DNA from: an uncultured bacterium
GTDB lineage: Bacteria; Omnitrophota; Omnitrophia; Omnitrophales; CAZLUT01
Direction: 5' to 3'
Length of the DNA: 55,012 nucleotides
NCBI GenBank assembly: GCA_964562805.1
Contig: CAZLUT010000004.1
Coordinates: 1 to 55,012, forward strand
This document shows positions 28,301 to 36,630 of the stretch, piece after piece. The notes under the pieces are model-generated. The model was given only the letters and a program-made list of their open reading frames with translations. It had not been told where the DNA came from and did not search any database. The translations under genes and the position numbers were made by a program. How positions within the stretch are numbered: position 1 is the first letter of the stretch; every line of letters starts with the position of its first letter.

Positions 28301-30026
28301 AGAGAGGTTGAACAACCAGGCAATGTTGTCATTGGTCAAGGTCGGCAAAGAGGCTGCCCCCGCTCTTATCAAAGCGCTCGACCGTGAAAATATAGAGATC
28401 CAAATCGGTGCGCTGTATGCCTTGGGGAAGCTTAAGGATGAGCGAGCGATCGGTCCGATTATGAAGGCGCTTGATCATAAAAATTTAAAAGTTCGACAAG
28501 CCGCAATACGAGCTTTGGTAGATCAAAGGGGTGAGCAGGCGATCGAAACAATTTTAAGCAATTTAGACAGATTCAAGGGCCGGGATCTGGATACGACTCT
28601 GTTTCGTAGTGGTTTCAAAGAAGAATTTGAAGAAAAATTAGCGGAACGATTGCTCAAGATTGTACTAGGAGAAGCTGGCAACGAAAAAGACTACAAGTTG
28701 CGCATTGTCGCCTTCGAGGCATTACAATGGGACTTTAAAACGGACAGACAAGTAATGGAAAAGCTGATAGACCTGTTTCGCAAACAGCTTCCTCAAGATA
28801 AGCTCAACCTCGATCGACAATCGGATGTTTTGTGGATAGAAATAGTCAATTTTTTCTCGTACTTGCGGGATAACAAATCGCAAGACAAAATAAAAAATTT
28901 GTTACTGCAGACGCTACAGACACACAAAAATCAGGATGTAAGAAAGAGGGTGATCGGCGCTCTTATGAATTGGGAGGGTGTCCTGAAAGAAGAAATTCAG
29001 CGGAATAAAAACCCCGAAATTCTTAAGGAAGCCTTAAAACGTTGGCCGGATCGGAATTGGAACTTCAACGCTGATAAGGAGCACCATAATATTAGGTCGT
29101 GGCTTATGGTGTGGGATGAAACAGAGCCGGAAACTGTGATGGAAATCGCCAAACAATATGCAGATTACCCTCCTTATGGAGATAGGGAGCGGGTAAAAAT
29201 ACGAAAGGCGCTTGCGGGAGTTATAGATAGAGAGGATTTGAGTCCAGTCCAAAAAAGATCCCTTAATGAATATCTTAAAACTTTCGATGAAAAAGTCACC
29301 CGAGAACAAAAAGAGGAAGAACAGCGCCGAGAACAATGGGAAAAAATCCGGGAAGAAGAAAAGAAAAAGGTTATTACGACGCCACCAATAGAGTTAAAAA
29401 AAACCGTTCCAATATTACTCGAGAAAGAGCTTGAAGAAGGTAAGAAAACTACGCCAAAAAAGGAAGTAGTTCCTGAAGAGGATGCTAAAGGTGCGAGTTT
29501 GGGCAAGGAAGAGGAATATGACAAAATCTACGAAACTCTCACCAACCTCACTAAACCCGTTAACGTCTTTATGAGTTATAAGGACTATAAAGCTCTGTCT
29601 CAAGATCAAAGGGAAGAGCTCTTTGCCCTAGCCACTCTTAACCCTAAGAAACTAAAAGTAGTTATCTATGGGGCAGAGTCATATGAAAAACGAGGTGATA
29701 ATATCTTTATCACAACCGATGAAGCTCGAGTCTCACTTAACCTAGTGCCTAAACTTGATAACAATATCCAACTTTCAAAAATAGATGAGAAGGTAATGGA
29801 GGACTTAGCTGCTCTTAAAGATAAGACCGCCTTCTTTAGATATCAGGATGACTCCAAAGGTCTTCTTGGCGTAGCCCTTCTATTGTCTCAAGCCGCTGAT
29901 AAAAAACTCTTTGCTGAAAAGTACGGTCTTGAAGAGCGTGACGGTTTCTTTATCGCTGTCTCTGAATTTCTGCACAGCCTTGTCCAAGAATTTGAAGCCC
30001 AGCTAGTTATTAAAATAGCCGCTTAA
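25335..30026 (+). CDS. Large exported modular protein: signal peptide / class I SAM methyltransferase / TM + transglutaminase-like + HEAT repeats / C-terminal domain ending IAA
   Basis: Signal-like N-terminus; NIGAG and VLHHV...EVKRIIRPGGRLVVLE; CDCD...GHA...WYALD; HEAT/PBS-lyase repeats (ALYALGKLKDERAIGPIMKAL); three ASLG junctions; SD AGAGG. Confidence 0.8.
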   Translation: MSVFNWIKRPVSLITVVCFLMTTVLFSYPSNSYAAVQPTLVHEDEEEAKEYVQRLAETIEDEGKDLPAVHLHRELEKLEPKVPVATAASLGKESNPFRILSSDIGRELVVQWVKSYPNEGREENYNAISEVIEFLSNPKNTQGDFVSRAIQRFPIINNLHQRFKDALQKPTIELPACVEKEAVLREFIQGPTFINIGAGLDLLGERSVKVNSKVSQAIGIDIEEQRKTPYPPGVSFKRMTDPSVMPLGNNVADTAAMTFVLHHVDVDRKKYLEEVKRIIRPGGRLVVLEDTFSHELPVEYVDEVSKAKSQKISESFSELKNDEERLSFLHFIDWFTHNFVNRSRAPLVPGNYEPMEVWKSIFEEAGFKVIHQQYLGFSAMGSRNPASRGLFVLEKPNTEYRIPGIGISGASLGDEERDLSQKKRVRKITLATAAALLAAAVAAVITIYYWAAPKYAVFPDDGKVPSAVSMHRGPFLTVGEFEPGFFRSPQWTKQYLRRLTGHAASSTDPIFLARGGKNILILDMKKGHLNRSDLLSNNFLTDMDRQGVMRPPKVDIVETNKGEPADEEPLEISAVIDGIRAGEVIALPHTFNSMVERVTSDKPDAFERKGNNLIIKRTLEPGETLQLRWALRRFTENNELSYTPQPVPPRQLTTLPKVFIDELDKARGKGDEAKLWHIAEAIHNNFEYGLIPFSRKGRETWGEAATRVLKKEKKIVCDCDVLAQYAWLFARYLNMDDAAIALGFVNLDNDRNISIEEGHAIFLVRATIKGKTQWYALDVTGSEWVGVADIEWERRERLLRWAALYGKSGRIRIDSFPRREQMHRSKHAVDEVDELEEAIRNGDVTLSEKDIFKFIEQLKGWENHYRAHKILRAVGRPAVIPLLKTLETSDDYSQRGSIIRVLTGMEDFRDSKAINLCISMLGSKEYDVRGGAAQFLARFGEAVHGRVLQIAMRGTRGENSLNQRKGALEALGYLKGARSVDVLIEALAIERLNNQAMLSLVKVGKEAAPALIKALDRENIEIQIGALYALGKLKDERAIGPIMKALDHKNLKVRQAAIRALVDQRGEQAIETILSNLDRFKGRDLDTTLFRSGFKEEFEEKLAERLLKIVLGEAGNEKDYKLRIVAFEALQWDFKTDRQVMEKLIDLFRKQLPQDKLNLDRQSDVLWIEIVNFFSYLRDNKSQDKIKNLLLQTLQTHKNQDVRKRVIGALMNWEGVLKEEIQRNKNPEILKEALKRWPDRNWNFNADKEHHNIRSWLMVWDETEPETVMEIAKQYADYPPYGDRERVKIRKALAGVIDREDLSPVQKRSLNEYLKTFDEKVTREQKEEEQRREQWEKIREEEKKKVITTPPIELKKTVPILLEKELEEGKKTTPKKEVVPEEDAKGASLGKEEEYDKIYETLTNLTKPVNVFMSYKDYKALSQDQREELFALATLNPKKLKVVIYGAESYEKRGDNIFITTDEARVSLNLVPKLDNNIQLSKIDEKVMEDLAALKDKTAFFRYQDDSKGLLGVALLLSQAADKKLFAEKYGLEERDGFFIAVSEFLHSLVQEFEAQLVIKIAA
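25596..25606 (+). repeat. Module junction 1 (GCGAGTTTGGG, ASLG)
   Basis: In frame at aa 88; identical to junctions 2 and 3. Confidence 0.8.
26520..26543 (+). repeat. Intragenic heptamer repeat (CCGAATA)x3 + CCG
   Basis: Three exact units (21 nt, frame-preserving), ending 15 nt before junction 2. Confidence 0.85.
26559..26572 (+). repeat. Module junction 2 (GGTGCGAGTTTGGG, GASLG)
   Basis: ASLG at aa 410; 14-bp identity with junction 3. Confidence 0.8.
29490..29503 (+). repeat. Module junction 3 (GGTGCGAGTTTGGG, GASLG)
   Basis: ASLG at aa 1387; followed by AAGGA as in junction 1. Confidence 0.8.
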
Positions 30027-30033
30027 TCCCCCG

Positions 30034-30055
30034 CAGATCTTAGATCTCAGATCTT
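30034..30055. repeat. AGATCTY heptamer array
   Basis: CAGATCTTAGATCTCAGATCTT, just after the giant gene stop. Confidence 0.8.
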
Positions 30056-30087
30056 GGTTCTAATGTCTTTCTATGCTATCTTAGGCC

Positions 30088-31671
30088 ATGCTAAGCCAAG
30101 AAAATTTTGCGGTCATTGACCTTGAAACGACAGGACCGATCTCCGAAGAAAACTATGTAATTGATATCGGGATTGTGCGCGTTGAGAAGGGGAAAATTAC
30201 TCAAACCTATTCTAGTTTAGTAAAGCCGCCCATACCTATACCGCCTTCCATTACCCATTTAACAGGCATTCGAGACGAGGATGTGAAAACGGCGCCTCGA
30301 TTTAAAGATATCATCAAAGAAATTGAGCCTTTCTTTGAAAATGCTATTTTTACGGCCCACAATGCGGCATTTGACTATGGTTATTTGAGCCTTGAATACC
30401 TCAGAATGGGAAGACGTTTTATAAAACCGGTGCTTTGTACGAAAAATTTAGCGCATGTTGCTTTGCCTGAGCTTCCCAAATTAGGCCTTGATGCTTTAAT
30501 GGAGCACTTCGGGATTACAGCGGACCAGAGACATCGAGCTTTTCCAGATGCGGATATAACAGCCCGCGTTCTTTTAAAATTATTAAAAAATAAAAATATT
30601 TCCCAAATGATACAAAACGTTCTTATCAAGAAAGAAGATAATCCTATTCAAATTCCTGAAAAGCTGCTTTTTGAAACTTTGCCGACTAAAGCGGGTGTTT
30701 ATCAATTTTTAGACGTGAAGGGCAATGTTTTATACATCGGCTCAGCTGATAATGTGCGCTCATCCGCTCTGATCCATTTTGTTGCTCAAATGGAAAATAA
30801 AAAGGAAAGAGAGCTTTGTAAGCGGACAAAAAAGATTCAGGCCTCGTCACACTCTAATGAATTGGAGGCAAGGATCGCCGAGGCTCTCCAAATTCGTGAA
30901 TTAAAACCTAAATATAATCGTTTATTAAAGAATTGGTATCCAGGCGCCTATCTTTGGGTGAGTACTGAGGAATTCCCCCAGCTTTTAATAGAAGACGAAC
31001 CGACCAAGGATGCAGGCTTCGATTGTCACGGTCCTTATGATTCAAGACGTCTTGTTGAAAAGTTAGTTGAATTTGCCGCGGGAAATTTTCATTTATGCGA
31101 TTTTAGGATAGGACGTCTCAGAAAGATGAGACGTTATCCGGGAAGAAAATCCTGCCTCGGCATTCGCGTTAAAAGGTGTCTGGGAGCTTGTTTAGGCAAG
31201 GTGCCCTCAAAAACTTATCAGGAGAGTGTTAAGGAGGCTATCCAATTTTTAAGAACCCCTCTGGGGAGTTCTTTTTTGGAAGATGAAGCTTTTGTAAAGG
31301 TTTTAAATAACCGCAAGACAGAAAAAATAACCGGCGGATGGAAATCCCGCCGTCTTCTCAAAAGACTTTTGAAGGCAAGCGCAGGGGTTCCGGCTTCGCA
31401 CAAGAAACCTTTTCTTTTGGAAGAAATCGGAGCTGATGGCAATAAAACTATTTTTTTAATTTCAAAGGGGCTGCTTATTAAAAGCTGGCTAGTTGATTCT
31501 GAAGTGACGGATGAGGCTCTTAGAGAGGATGTTCTAGAGGCGCTAAAAATACGCCCTCCAAAGAAAGATGCAAGGTCTGAAGCTCTTGAAAGGCTAGCGG
31601 TTGGTCATTATGTTGCCGCTCCAAAAGCTTATCGGCGAATTATTAAACTTAATCTTCTTGCTAGCCGGTAA
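30088..31671 (+). CDS. DnaQ-like DEDDh exonuclease fused to a GIY-YIG (UvrC/Cho-like) domain
   Basis: IDLETTG, AHNAAFD, HRAFPDA; GVYQFLD...VLYIGSA...LKPKYN; TGcTATCTT ends 5 nt before the ATG. Confidence 0.85.
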   Translation: MLSQENFAVIDLETTGPISEENYVIDIGIVRVEKGKITQTYSSLVKPPIPIPPSITHLTGIRDEDVKTAPRFKDIIKEIEPFFENAIFTAHNAAFDYGYLSLEYLRMGRRFIKPVLCTKNLAHVALPELPKLGLDALMEHFGITADQRHRAFPDADITARVLLKLLKNKNISQMIQNVLIKKEDNPIQIPEKLLFETLPTKAGVYQFLDVKGNVLYIGSADNVRSSALIHFVAQMENKKERELCKRTKKIQASSHSNELEARIAEALQIRELKPKYNRLLKNWYPGAYLWVSTEEFPQLLIEDEPTKDAGFDCHGPYDSRRLVEKLVEFAAGNFHLCDFRIGRLRKMRRYPGRKSCLGIRVKRCLGACLGKVPSKTYQESVKEAIQFLRTPLGSSFLEDEAFVKVLNNRKTEKITGGWKSRRLLKRLLKASAGVPASHKKPFLLEEIGADGNKTIFLISKGLLIKSWLVDSEVTDEALREDVLEALKIRPPKKDARSEALERLAVGHYVAAPKAYRRIIKLNLLASR

Positions 31672-31697
31672 AATGAATTGATACACTACTATTACTT

Positions 31698-32771
31698 ATG
31701 AAAAGAGAACACATTTTCACACTATTTTTCTTAGCTTTCTTGGGCTTTATTTTATTCCAGGTTTATAAGGTTTTTACACCTTTCCTTGGAACTATTTTTT
31801 GGGCTTTTGTTTTAACTTTTGCTTTTTTTCCTCTCCATGAAAAGTTTGAAAAGGTGATTAAAAATAAGATTTTGTCTTCTCTTTTAACAACAATCATTAT
31901 TCTGGCGGTTGTTATTATTCCGACAATTTATTTGATCCTTTATTTGAGTCGGGAAGCAGTGGATCTTTATGTATCCGTTAAAAATTTTGTGTCCACTGGA
32001 CAGTGGCAGAGTTTTATTTTGAAGATACGGCAAACCCAGCTGGCTCAATGGGTCGAGTCACAAGCGCCTCAGTGGAGTTTTCTTACGGGCGAAGGACTAA
32101 CCGATATGATTTTAGCGGCGTCAAAAAATATCGGTAATTTTTTGGCGACTAACTTAGCTTCCTTTACTAAAAATCTTGTTTTGTTCTTCCTGCATTTCTT
32201 GCTTTTAATTTGCTTAATCTTTTTATTTTTCTTAAATGGCCGAGTTATTTACCAATATTTATACGATTTAATTCCAATGCCGGCTGGAAACAAGGCTTCT
32301 ATATTCAGCACTTTAAACAGTACTTTAACAGCCCTTATTCGGGGCCAGTTTTTAACAGGCGTGTTTCAAGGCGCCTTGGCAGGAATCGTTTTTTATTTTT
32401 TAGGCATTAAAATTTTTATTTTTCTTGGTGTGCTTACTTTTATTGCCTCTATGATTCCTTTGTTGGGCGCTTCCTCCGTTTGGATTCCGATAGTTATTTA
32501 TTTTTTGGTCACGGGTTCTTTTTTGAAAGGATTTTTACTTTTCATCTTAGGTGCTTTTGGAATTAGTATGTTGGATAATTTCTTAAAACCGCTTCTAATC
32601 AGCGGTCCTTCTAAGATGTCTGTCTTTTTAATCTTTTTAAGTATCTTGGGCGGTATTTACGCCTACGGTATTTCCGGAATTTTTATTGGACCAATTGTTA
32701 TGGCCATTTTTTTCGCCCTGGTTCATATTTTTCAAGAGCAGTATATCTCAGACAATTCGCCTAAAGTTTAA
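31698..32771 (+). CDS. AI-2E family (PerM/YdiK-like) transporter
   Basis: Multi-TM; DNFLKPLLISG, ILGGIYAYGISGIFIGP. Confidence 0.88.
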   Translation: MKREHIFTLFFLAFLGFILFQVYKVFTPFLGTIFWAFVLTFAFFPLHEKFEKVIKNKILSSLLTTIIILAVVIIPTIYLILYLSREAVDLYVSVKNFVSTGQWQSFILKIRQTQLAQWVESQAPQWSFLTGEGLTDMILAASKNIGNFLATNLASFTKNLVLFFLHFLLLICLIFLFFLNGRVIYQYLYDLIPMPAGNKASIFSTLNSTLTALIRGQFLTGVFQGALAGIVFYFLGIKIFIFLGVLTFIASMIPLLGASSVWIPIVIYFLVTGSFLKGFLLFILGAFGISMLDNFLKPLLISGPSKMSVFLIFLSILGGIYAYGISGIFIGPIVMAIFFALVHIFQEQYISDNSPKV

Positions 32772-32807
32772 GCGGCAAATTATAAATCCTTAAAATAAAA
32801 GGATAAC

Positions 32808-34358
32808 ATTATCAAAAAGTTTTTTGTCTCCACGCTGCAAATAATTCTCGCAACAATTCTTCTGTTTTTTGTTTTGGAAGCTGCCTTTCGCTTCCTGGGA
32901 GCGCCGGGCGGAAGTAGTTTTATGGAGAAGGTTATTGTGGGAGAGCGCCTAAGCCCTGAAAAAGCACCGAATGAGTTCAGGATTTTTACTTATGGAGAAT
33001 CGACCATGCATGGCTCTCAATATGGGCCTACCGCAAGCCCCGCCAGGTGGCTTGGGATGTATCTGAAGGACTATTTGCCGGATAAAAAAATTGAGGTTAC
33101 TAATTTTGCTCGGATTGGCCGAGGCAGCGAATTTACCTATGACACTTTTAAACAAACCTTGTTTTACAAACCGGATCTAGCCATTTTTTATTTAGGGCAT
33201 AATGATTTTTTGTTTGGAAATAGGAAGGATCATATTGAGTCCAAAAAGAAGGGTTTTGCATATCAGTTAAAAAAACTAATCAAAAAAAGCTTTTTTCTTT
33301 CAACGATAAAGCGGTTTTTTATAAAAAAGCGCATGGAACGGAAACAAAAAGTTACTGATGATAAAATAGAATACGACATTATCGAAACCCCGCCTCAAGG
33401 CATAGGCCAAGAAAACGCAGTTTTAAGAGATGAGCCTCTTTATTTAGAAAATGTCACTTTTTTTAAAAAAAATATCGAACGCATTATTAAGCTAGCCCGG
33501 AAAAAAAATATCCCGGTTATTTTTTTAATACCCGTTTCAAACTTGAAAGATTTTGCGCCTTTCTATTCTTATCATTTAAAGAAATTGTCAGATAGCGAAT
33601 TGTCATCATGGGAGAAATATTATGAAGCCGGTAAGCTTGACCAAGCAGAAGGCCGCTACGCGTCTAGCTTCGAGAATTTTAAGAAGGCTATGGCGCTAGA
33701 TGATACCTATTCTGATTTACTGTTTAGACTGGGACAGCTTTATTTCAGAAAAGGGGATCTCATCAAAGCGAAACAGCTTTTTGAACGTTCAAAAGATAAT
33801 GATGGAATTATTTTTAGAGCTCCGCGGGAAATTACCGCTATTCTTAAGGGTCTAAATGGAGAAGGTGTTTTTGTTCTGGATACTGAAAAAATGTTAAGCC
33901 CAGAGGCCCCGGGCGGGATTATGGGAGAGCCTATCATTGAAGACAACGCTCATTTTTCGCTCAAAGGACAGGCGTTAGTTGGTAAGGGTATGGCTTATTA
34001 CATTGCTGATAAAGGCTTGATCCTACCTGAGGAAAGCTGGCAGTTTAATAATGAAAGAGCCTTTAACGAAATGCTGGATGAACTCGGGATCGATAATGAT
34101 TTTATGTTCAATGTCTATTTAAAAATGGTTAATTATTTTGGAAGCCGCTACGACAACCGGGTAAGATTTGCTAAAAAAGCGCTTCAAATAAAACCAAATG
34201 GCGTTAGAGCTCTCCGGTATTTAGCTTGGACTTATTGGTTGATGGGGAAGCCGGAGGAGGCGGCCCGCTTGTATGAGAGAATTAGAGTCGCCAATCCTAA
34301 AGCTTTTAACGAAATCACTGAACGGTATCCCGAAATAAAAGAAGCGCTCGAAAAATAA
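32808..34358 (+). CDS. Membrane-anchored SGNH/GDSL-like hydrolase with TPR repeats
   Basis: YGESTMHG, YLGHND, DNAHFS; TPR-like helices. The frame is open upstream of TTG 32874 to a stop at 32796 and encodes the TM anchor; start probably ATT 32808 or ATC 32811. Confidence 0.72.
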   Translation: MIKKFFVSTLQIILATILLFFVLEAAFRFLGAPGGSSFMEKVIVGERLSPEKAPNEFRIFTYGESTMHGSQYGPTASPARWLGMYLKDYLPDKKIEVTNFARIGRGSEFTYDTFKQTLFYKPDLAIFYLGHNDFLFGNRKDHIESKKKGFAYQLKKLIKKSFFLSTIKRFFIKKRMERKQKVTDDKIEYDIIETPPQGIGQENAVLRDEPLYLENVTFFKKNIERIIKLARKKNIPVIFLIPVSNLKDFAPFYSYHLKKLSDSELSSWEKYYEAGKLDQAEGRYASSFENFKKAMALDDTYSDLLFRLGQLYFRKGDLIKAKQLFERSKDNDGIIFRAPREITAILKGLNGEGVFVLDTEKMLSPEAPGGIMGEPIIEDNAHFSLKGQALVGKGMAYYIADKGLILPEESWQFNNERAFNEMLDELGIDNDFMFNVYLKMVNYFGSRYDNRVRFAKKALQIKPNGVRALRYLAWTYWLMGKPEEAARLYERIRVANPKAFNEITERYPEIKEALEK

Positions 34359-34367
34359 AAAGGTTTA

Positions 34368-34886
34368 CTAAGTTTTAGAAGTTTTATTCAAATAATTATC
34401 AAGAATCTTAAATTCGTTTTGAAAAATAATCTGTAAATTAATTTCTTCTCCGCTTGGTAAGATAACAGTATAAGGCTTTCCGCTTGTTATCGAGCCGGCG
34501 CAAATAACGTCCACAAAATCGCGAGCTGAACCAACCTTTTTAATCCAGCGCGGGCGGTACATTTTCCATCTCAAAAATTCAGCAGCTTGCGGAGGGGTAT
34601 AGTGGGCCCCGTTTCTTTTTAAACCGTACGAAGTCGTTTGTAAGCGCGTTAAAAGGTAATCAATTTTTCCTTCTTTGGTTGTGATGTCATAAGTATCCGC
34701 ATAATCATTGAGGTCTATGAGAATAGTTTCCGGCGTGCCGGAAAAATAAAGCTTAGGCTGTCGGAGTGTCTCTTTTTCAGTTGTGGCAGGGAGTTCTGTT
34801 TTGCTTGTCTTAAACTGGGCCAGAGCTCCTAGAAATAGCCATAAAGACAAAAGGCCGGATAGGCAAATTAACCTTTTTAATTTCAT
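34368..34886 (-). CDS. Exported DUF5329-like protein
   Basis: Signal peptide; YLLTRL...RNG..Y....AAEFLRWK...SARDF...S.TSGKPY pattern. Confidence 0.6.
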   Translation of the reverse strand: MKLKRLICLSGLLSLWLFLGALAQFKTSKTELPATTEKETLRQPKLYFSGTPETILIDLNDYADTYDITTKEGKIDYLLTRLQTTSYGLKRNGAHYTPPQAAEFLRWKMYRPRWIKKVGSARDFVDVICAGSITSGKPYTVILPSGEEINLQIIFQNEFKILDNYLNKTSKT

Positions 34887-34929
34887 ATCTTTTAAAGAGA
34901 GTAGTGCTTTAGAAATATCAAAACAGTTT

Positions 34930-36588
34930 TTAATGTTCGATACTTATAACGTGAAAAGAAGGCTTCACTTTAAAAATTAATTGGAGAGGTCTACTTTTTT
35001 TATTATTGGTAATCGCGGATATTTCCAATTGGGCCTCTTCGGTATTTATTGGGGGTAAAATGATGACCGATGTTTCGGAAGAGCCCTCCGCAATAGGTTT
35101 CTTTTTGTTTTCTTCAAGCGCGTAAAGTTTATATTCATAAGTTCGATTAGGCGCCCAACCTTTTTGGACCATCAAATCATCAAAACTGATTTGAACCCCT
35201 CCATTACTAGCTGTGATATAGAAGTTCTCAAGCGGAGTTACTTTATCGAACCAATATTGAACAACCATATCCCGTCTTTCAATTAATGTATTAATTAAAT
35301 AATCCTCAGCTGTTTTACTGGAAAGTTTGCCGGTTTTAACAACAGCTTCAATATCTTCATCAGTGAATTTGGAAATAATTTTAGCGGCCCAATAAGCGTC
35401 CGCATCAGTTAAATATCCAAAAGTGGTATGAGGTAAATTTGATTTCCAGTGCCCAGGATCAAATTGATCATTATCAAAATAGCCAATGCTGGGATACCGG
35501 ATGGTGTGCTGATCATCATCCCATCTGATTTCCCAAGGTTTTTGCTTAACCTTTAGGAGGCCGATAGCTCTTAAAATTGCCTTATAATCGATTAAATTTT
35601 CAAACCCTACCGCCGGCACTTTAGCCCTGTAGCCTGAGCTGCCCAGAGAAGATCCAAAATCAAGAAGGTAATGTTTGATTTTTTGTTTTCCCTCTTCTTC
35701 AACAAGCACATCCATTGTATTTTTTCGGTGGAGGTCATAATTATTGGTCCAAGATCCAAAAACCCGAAGAGCTCTTAACGCGCGCAATTGATCATGGGGA
35801 ATCAAGTCATCCAGTTCACCTGCTTTCCTCTGATCATAATCAAAGTATCCCAAGAGGGGACCTTTAAGTATTCGGCTAGCTGAGGCCCGGTACATGCCGC
35901 CTTTAAAAATAGGCACATGCATTTTGAGCATTTCAAGAGCCTTATCTTTCGTAAGAGGCTGTTCAAAGCCTTCATCATTGTAATAGGTGGCATCTGAGGC
36001 AACTTCTAAAATATCAGGATGAAATTTGACGAGCACGTAAGAAGGAACGTTATAGCCAAAAGCGTAAAAGAGTTTATGAGTAATAACTTCAGAACTTGTG
36101 GTCATCTCAGGATTTGAGCGAGGATCAAATTTAAGCAAGAACTTATCACCGTTCGCGTCTTTAATAAAAAAGCCGGGAGTTACTCCATCGCTTTTACCTT
36201 TCAAAATAATCCAAGGACCATTTTGACTGGGTCCTGAATCGGGCTGATTAAGGGGAGCGCTTACTAGTTTTTCCAGGGAAAGTCTTTTTTTGCCCTGACG
36301 ATTTGTAAAGAAATTATTATCCAGCACCTCATCGTAGATATTAACATCGAGAGCGGGAGGCTTCGTGAAGGTGACGGTTCTGAAAAAATTAATAGGATCC
36401 AAAAGTCCCAATGAAGGTTCGTAGAGCTGTTTTTTCCAGAAAGTAGAATAAAAAGAAGTATCTTTTCTGCCGAATGATACTAAATCTTCTTTTGCCGAGT
36501 AACTCTCGCCTGAGCCGCTATCCGCAAACACACACGCCGGCACCACCATAATCATTATCGCCACTGCTGTTATTAATATTTTCTTCAT
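34930..36588 (-). CDS. Exported protein with atypical kinase-like motifs
   Basis: Signal peptide; KGKSDGVTPG, LLKFD, EMTTSSEV, WTNNYDLHRKN, YLLDFGSSLG. Confidence 0.6.
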   Translation of the reverse strand: MKKILITAVAIMIMVVPACVFADSGSGESYSAKEDLVSFGRKDTSFYSTFWKKQLYEPSLGLLDPINFFRTVTFTKPPALDVNIYDEVLDNNFFTNRQGKKRLSLEKLVSAPLNQPDSGPSQNGPWIILKGKSDGVTPGFFIKDANGDKFLLKFDPRSNPEMTTSSEVITHKLFYAFGYNVPSYVLVKFHPDILEVASDATYYNDEGFEQPLTKDKALEMLKMHVPIFKGGMYRASASRILKGPLLGYFDYDQRKAGELDDLIPHDQLRALRALRVFGSWTNNYDLHRKNTMDVLVEEEGKQKIKHYLLDFGSSLGSSGYRAKVPAVGFENLIDYKAILRAIGLLKVKQKPWEIRWDDDQHTIRYPSIGYFDNDQFDPGHWKSNLPHTTFGYLTDADAYWAAKIISKFTDEDIEAVVKTGKLSSKTAEDYLINTLIERRDMVVQYWFDKVTPLENFYITASNGGVQISFDDLMVQKGWAPNRTYEYKLYALEENKKKPIAEGSSETSVIILPPINTEEAQLEISAITNNKKSRPLQLIFKVKPSFHVISIEH

Positions 36589-36601
36589 CTTTTCTCTTTT
36601 T

Positions 36602-36630
36602 TAACCACTAACCACTATTAACTAACCACT
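36602..36630. repeat. TAACCAC heptamer array overlapping the Omp85 stop
   Basis: TAACCAC TAACCAC TATTAAC TAACCAC T. Confidence 0.75.
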
